Origin: a virus
Strand: one strand, 5' to 3'
DNA length: 64,000 bases
Virus record (IMG/VR): IMGVR_UViG_3300002144_000620
Coordinates: 64,001 to 128,000 of that record
In this document: one piece after another, positions 61,025-64,000 of the stretch
How the letters are laid out: each line of letters begins with the position of its first letter
Numbering within the stretch: position 1 is the first letter of the stretch
The notes under the pieces: model-generated
Seen by the model: the letters and a program-made list of their open reading frames with translations, nothing else
What the model was told of the DNA's origin: nothing
The model's database searches: none
Position numbers and translations under genes: made by a program

Positions 61025-62890
61025 ATGAGTGCAATATTAAAAATTAGATTACCATACTACGCTAGAACAGTGTCGACAGGTACAAATGGTATAGCTGAGT
61101 TTTTCTTTTTAGAAAAACCAAAATACGTACCAGCTTTAAACCAATCAATTGTGATTACACACACTGAGGTTTCAACAAATTCAGGTTTAAACACAAAACT
61201 AACCAATATATCAACAAACACTGTTATAGGTAAATTCCAGGCGGCACCAGACTTAACGAATCAATCAGCGTCTACCATTGCAGCTAACGGTGGATATTCT
61301 TTTTTGTTTTCAATAGCTTATAATGATGCTGAATTTTCTCAAGCACAATACGGTGGAACTTGTCGTGGTTATTTAGAGTACGATTACAATCCAGCTAACT
61401 ACAACATACTTAAACCAGTTGAAAGTGTTGTTGTGGTTAACGAAACAATACCATTTGATTTAAGTAATGGTTTTCAGAGTCTTACACATAAATACGATTC
61501 AGGTGCTTTAACAATATCTGATGTTTTACCAGGATTTTTTGTTGGTAGACAAGATAATAACACTATTTTCGCCAATTTACTAAAGTCATTAAACCTACCT
61601 ATAACAGAGGAAGAATATAAAAAATATAGTAGATCAGCATATGGTGTATTATCAGTAGCGTCAGCAACAGATACAGTAGCGGTAATAAAAAACGGTATTA
61701 ACTACAAGTGGACCGAAATTACATCATCGTATACTGGTACAACAGATGCTTTAATTACACATCCAACTACAGGATATACAGGTGAGCATTATGCTACAGT
61801 TATGCAAACTATTGGATCAACCGAATTTGAAACAGACAAACCGTGGAACTTACCAGTACCTAATGATATGTTTCTAATTTTTGAGGTTCCAAACAATAAG
61901 TACGGTGAGATCATTGATGGTAAAACCATTAAATTAACATTACCTTATTATTCTGGTACCGATTCTATTGATCCAGACGAAAAACGTTTAGGTATTATGA
62001 GTTATACTGCTGTACCTGAAACTAGTATTGAAATTTACGGTACTTACAGTGAATCTGGTATTAATAATAATTTAGATAGGAAATTATCAGAACCTAGTAT
62101 AGGTGTTAATACAATAGGTGTTAGACCTGATTTAGCGACAACTAGTGCAACCACGTATGAAAGTAATGTTGTGTTATTATTCTCAGATGAGGTAGCCACG
62201 CCATCAGCTAATTTTAATAACTGGGGTGATGGATATACTGAAGTTATCAATGGTACCAAAGTGTTTTCACCAACAGCACAAGAAAAACCAACATACGACT
62301 ATAAAGATGATAAATGTATAGGTGTTGCTTATTTGGATAAAGGTTTTATCGTTATCACACACCCAACTATCGTAGATTCTTACTTTAAAAATATATTTGA
62401 TGGTGATATTATCACAGCTGGTTCAACTACTGTATATAAAAACTACGATTTAATTAACGGTATAACTGGACCAACCAGGGGTGATGTTAGAACAACATAT
62501 CTTACTGGTGATACACAAGAACTTATTGTAACTAAAGATGGTACTGATTATCTTTGGGATAGCACTCAATTTATCTATACTAGTTCACAAGACTCGGTAT
62601 TAGAATATAATAGTTATAATACAGAAAAGTCATTAAACATAGTTTGTTTAGCGTCTTCAGATGAATTCTTTAAATCATCAAATGATACAGCCAAAGATTT
62701 ACAGGGAATTGAACAAATAGAGGACTACGCATCGTTTAAAACAACTGATGGTGATCTTTACCCAGTAATTATAACACAATTAGGTATACACGATTCTGAT
62801 GGAAATCTATTAGCTATATGCAAACCAACACAACCAATTAAAAAATATTGGTATGATGTTGTTTCATTTAATGTAAAAATAAGGTTATAA
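61025..62890 (+). CDS. Tail-collar-like virion protein (C-half motif), paralogue of 55921
   Basis: YGEIIDGKTIKLTLP, IGVAYLDKGFIVITHP and ITQLGIHDSDGNLLAICKPTQPIKK match blocks in 55921..58644. Confidence 0.55.
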   Translation: MSAILKIRLPYYARTVSTGTNGIAEFFFLEKPKYVPALNQSIVITHTEVSTNSGLNTKLTNISTNTVIGKFQAAPDLTNQSASTIAANGGYSFLFSIAYNDAEFSQAQYGGTCRGYLEYDYNPANYNILKPVESVVVVNETIPFDLSNGFQSLTHKYDSGALTISDVLPGFFVGRQDNNTIFANLLKSLNLPITEEEYKKYSRSAYGVLSVASATDTVAVIKNGINYKWTEITSSYTGTTDALITHPTTGYTGEHYATVMQTIGSTEFETDKPWNLPVPNDMFLIFEVPNNKYGEIIDGKTIKLTLPYYSGTDSIDPDEKRLGIMSYTAVPETSIEIYGTYSESGINNNLDRKLSEPSIGVNTIGVRPDLATTSATTYESNVVLLFSDEVATPSANFNNWGDGYTEVINGTKVFSPTAQEKPTYDYKDDKCIGVAYLDKGFIVITHPTIVDSYFKNIFDGDIITAGSTTVYKNYDLINGITGPTRGDVRTTYLTGDTQELIVTKDGTDYLWDSTQFIYTSSQDSVLEYNSYNTEKSLNIVCLASSDEFFKSSNDTAKDLQGIEQIEDYASFKTTDGDLYPVIITQLGIHDSDGNLLAICKPTQPIKKYWYDVVSFNVKIRL

Positions 62891-62900
62891 AAAATAGATT

Positions 62901-63503
62901 ATGGTATTAGAAGAGATACAAGAAGATTACTACTTACTTGGACTAGACGTTTCAACAAAGACAATTGGAATTTCGTTATTTAATAATAAGGGTGAACTTT
63001 TGGAATTAACACATATTTCACCAAAAGCTAAACCAACACCAATATCAAAAACCGAGGAACTACTTAAAAAAGCTGATTTATTTTTTGATTTTATCCAAAA
63101 ATATAGAAACATGAATATAAAACATGTTTTAATCGAGGAACCATTACTAAGATCCAATAATGTAAATACGGTAGGTACACTATTAAGATTTAATGGTATG
63201 GTAACTAAAATATGTTACGATACTTTACGTATTACACCTGAGTATATTAGCACTTACGAAGCCAGAAAAAATGCTTTTCCTGAATTAATGAAAATTGGTA
63301 GTAGCAAAAAAATAGTTTTATTTGGTGGTTTACCTAAAGATATTGATAAGAAAAAAATTATATGGGATTTAGTTAATACTAGAGAACCTCAGATTAATTG
63401 GTTCTACGATAAAAAGGGTCAATTAAAGAAAGAAAATTATGATATGTCAGATAGCTACGTTGTTGCACTTGCATACATGAAAATGAATGGTTTAGTTATT
63501 TAA
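62901..63503 (+). CDS. ruvC: RuvC-like Holliday junction resolvase
   Basis: LLGLDVSTKTIG, VLIEEP and YDMSDSYVVA give the D-E-D-D catalytic pattern. Confidence 0.85.
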   Translation: MVLEEIQEDYYLLGLDVSTKTIGISLFNNKGELLELTHISPKAKPTPISKTEELLKKADLFFDFIQKYRNMNIKHVLIEEPLLRSNNVNTVGTLLRFNGMVTKICYDTLRITPEYISTYEARKNAFPELMKIGSSKKIVLFGGLPKDIDKKKIIWDLVNTREPQINWFYDKKGQLKKENYDMSDSYVVALAYMKMNGLVI

Positions 63504-63524
63504 TAAATAAACTACAAACTACTT

Positions 63525-63571
63525 AATAACCCTGAATATATTAATAATATATGTTCAGGGTTATTTTTTTT
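63525..63571 (+). terminator. Rho-independent terminator
   Basis: AATAACCCTGAATATAT...ATATATGTTCAGGGTTATT followed by a T run. Confidence 0.8.
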
Positions 63572-63590
63572 AACTATTTTACGGATAAAG

Positions 63591-63622
63591 TTTGGTTATA
63601 ACTAAATGATTTATTACATTTG
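63591..63622 (+). promoter_or_regulatory. Bacteroidota sigma-A promoter (-33 TTTG, -7 TACATTTG, 20-nt spacer)
   Basis: Exact match to TTTG-N20-TAnnTTTG. Confidence 0.75.
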
Positions 63623-63629
63623 TCGGAGT

Positions 63630-64000
63630 ATGACAACATTTAGCCAAGATTTAGAGATTGACAAACTAGTTTCATTACTAGAAAATTTTTTAGGCGATCC
63701 TAGAAAACACTATAGACGTAATGGTCAGATTAGTTTTGATTGTCCTAATTGCTCTGCTATGAAAGGTATTGAACATGACGGTAAAGGTAATTTAGAGATT
63801 ACGTATATTAGTGGACTTTACAATTGTTGGTCATGTGGTGAATCACACGATACAAAAGGTCGTTTATCTAATCTAGTTAAAAAATATTCTGACAAAAGAA
63901 CATTAAAAGAATTTTACGAACTTAAATTTAAATTCAATGAGTTTAAAACAGTTACCGAAAAACAAGACGATTTAGTACTCCCAAAAGAATATGTTAAATT
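63630..64000 (+). CDS. DNA primase, N-terminal zinc-binding domain (3'-truncated; absent from the ORF track)
   Basis: Manual translation MTTFSQDLEIDKLVSLLENFLG...FDCPNC...GNLEI...YNCWSCG; frame stays open to the window end. Confidence 0.75.
   Translation, partial: MTTFSQDLEIDKLVSLLENFLGDPRKHYRRNGQISFDCPNCSAMKGIEHDGKGNLEITYISGLYNCWSCGESHDTKGRLSNLVKKYSDKRTLKEFYELKFKFNEFKTVTEKQDDLVLPKEYVK

Noticed and set aside
520-63157. All minus-strand ORFs in the track
   Set aside because: Short, antisense to well-supported plus-strand genes and without recognisable motifs; they are shadow ORFs
1-64000. TAG stop-codon recoding as in Lak/crAss-like phages
   Set aside because: Genes are intact under code 11. 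No called gene ends in TAG, but that is unremarkable for about 34 genes in an AT-rich genome.
1-64000. Bacterial eCIS/T6SS locus or eukaryotic giant virus
   Set aside because: Tail genes are interleaved with phage-type SSB, UvsX, helicase, primase and RuvC, plus bacterial promoters and terminators. The eukaryote-like RNR type also occurs in Bacteroidota.
1-64000. tRNA or other structured RNA genes
   Set aside because: Intergenic gaps are short and are explained by terminators and promoters; no cloverleaf seen

Overview
AT-rich, gene-dense window in which every credible gene lies on the + strand. It reads as part of a large (jumbo-type) contractile-tailed dsDNA phage. The host is most likely in Bacteroidota: there are TTTG/CTTG-N20-TAnnTTTG promoters, no Shine-Dalgarno sites, and a Bacteroidota/eukaryote-type class Ia RNR. 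Gene order is: tail assembly chaperone with a probable frameshift extension; three tape-measure-like ORFs (two old paralogues plus an in-frame chimera created by a 2028-bp tandem duplication); a 2923-aa tube-initiator-like protein with 58-60 aa repeats and an OmpA-like insert; a LysM/gp53-like protein; a split baseplate hub; an M23 + SleB-type hydrolase; a terminator-bounded replication island (SSB, RecA/UvsX, 5'-3' exonuclease, DnaB, NrdB, NrdA); gp25, gp6/J, a gp7/P2-I-like giant and tail-collar-like proteins; RuvC; and the start of a primase. Structural operons are preceded by a TATTTAT(A/T) motif, a putative late promoter. All calls come from motifs and synteny read by eye; no database searches were run.
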